Origin: the human T2T-CHM13v2.0 reference genome, Homo sapiens
Length of the DNA stretch: 64,000 bases
Assembly: GCF_009914755.1 (NCBI RefSeq)
Contig: NC_060926.1
Reading direction: 5' to 3' (one strand)
Shown here piece by piece: positions 62,780 through 64,000 of the stretch (the first letter of the stretch is position 1; each line of letters opens with the position of its first letter). The translations under genes and the position numbers were made by a program. Below the pieces are notes generated by a model that saw nothing but the letters and a program-made list of their open reading frames with translations, was not told the origin of the DNA and searched no databases.

Positions 62780-62990
62780 AAGAGACAATATGGTACAGTG
62801 GAAAGGAATGAGATTGTTCAGAGTCCCAACTCCCCCACTCACTAGGAGTTTGATTTGAGGCAAGTTGCTTAAACAATCCTCAAAATGGGGATAATGATAA
62901 TATCTACATCCTAGGGCAATTATGAAGAGTAAGTGAGACAATGCATATAAAGCTCTTAGCAAAGAGTTCTCAATACTTCTTGGTTATTAT
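62780..62990 (+). mobile_element. MIR
   Basis: tatggtacagtggaaag...ggcaagttgcttaa...aaaatggggataat...aagctcttagca. Confidence 0.75.
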
Positions 62991-63215
62991 TATGTCATTA
63001 TTTATTATTATTGGCATAAGTCCATTTGCTGGGAGGGTCCAACATACATAAAGTTGAGTCACTAACATAAGATTCCAATATAAAGGACAGCAAGTGGGCC
63101 TTGATTTTTAGAGCCGTCATTTGTTCCTCAAGAATCCCTGAGGCACCAGAAAAGGATGACAGTTTTGCTCTGGGAGACGTGCTAAATGGCTAGGAGCTAT
63201 TGCTAAGAGTGTGAC

Positions 63216-63540
<325 letters not shown>

Positions 63541-64000
63541 TCAACTGCCTTCTTTTCATAAGGGCAAATTTCAATAGCAAGCACCACATGTGTTTTAAAA
63601 TACTATCTATTCAAATGTTACATAAAGCCAGGCCCTGAATCTCACTGGCAGAACCTAAGTTTATGAGTTATATCTTCTATAAGCTTTTCTATAAGCCGGT
63701 GATAATTCTTACATAAGCATCTCCAAGCCTGCAGCTTCACTCTAACAGGGTCCACATGAATGAATCTTTCTCTATTTTTGGTTGACCAGTTTTCACAGAA
63801 GACGCTGTGTCCTGTAGGTTACAGATCCCTCTTATAAACATCAAGATTTTCATTTCCCTTAAAACTGAGGTTTTGAAAAATCCTACACAAATATATCAGG
63901 ATATATTTTCAAAGGTCCAGGAAAAGTTCTTTTCTAAGATTTAGTTCAGTGAAAATGCCACATTAGATTGATCACATACTCAGAATGGAATTGACAACTC

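Overview
Primate (almost certainly human) intragenic DNA from the nebulin gene NEB, transcribed on the minus strand. I resolve 43 consecutive GT-AG, phase-0 coding exons, which match the conventional exons 65-107 (numbering from recall of the reference annotation, consistent with the exon-size pattern). They cycle 105/108/312/204 nt, giving 729 nt = 243 aa = one 7-module super-repeat with SDxxYK motifs split across every splice junction and one WLxGIGW motif per cycle. Bases ~5656-37393 are the known NEB triplicate (TRI) region: three ~10.5 kb tandem copies of 8 exons (82-89, 90-97, 98-105), i.e. the normal three-copy allele. Introns are filled with Alu, MIR, L1, L2, LTR and DNA-transposon relics. 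I see no evidence for an unrelated new gene or system. The most interesting readable signals are: the exact duplication breakpoint with a templated 14-bp repeat; the mosaic ancestry of the middle TRI copy; copy-specific inverted-Alu geometry around the 312-nt exons 89/97/105 combined with exons that would give stop-free circular ORFs; and near-identical exons 65/66 vs 69/70 between unrelated introns.
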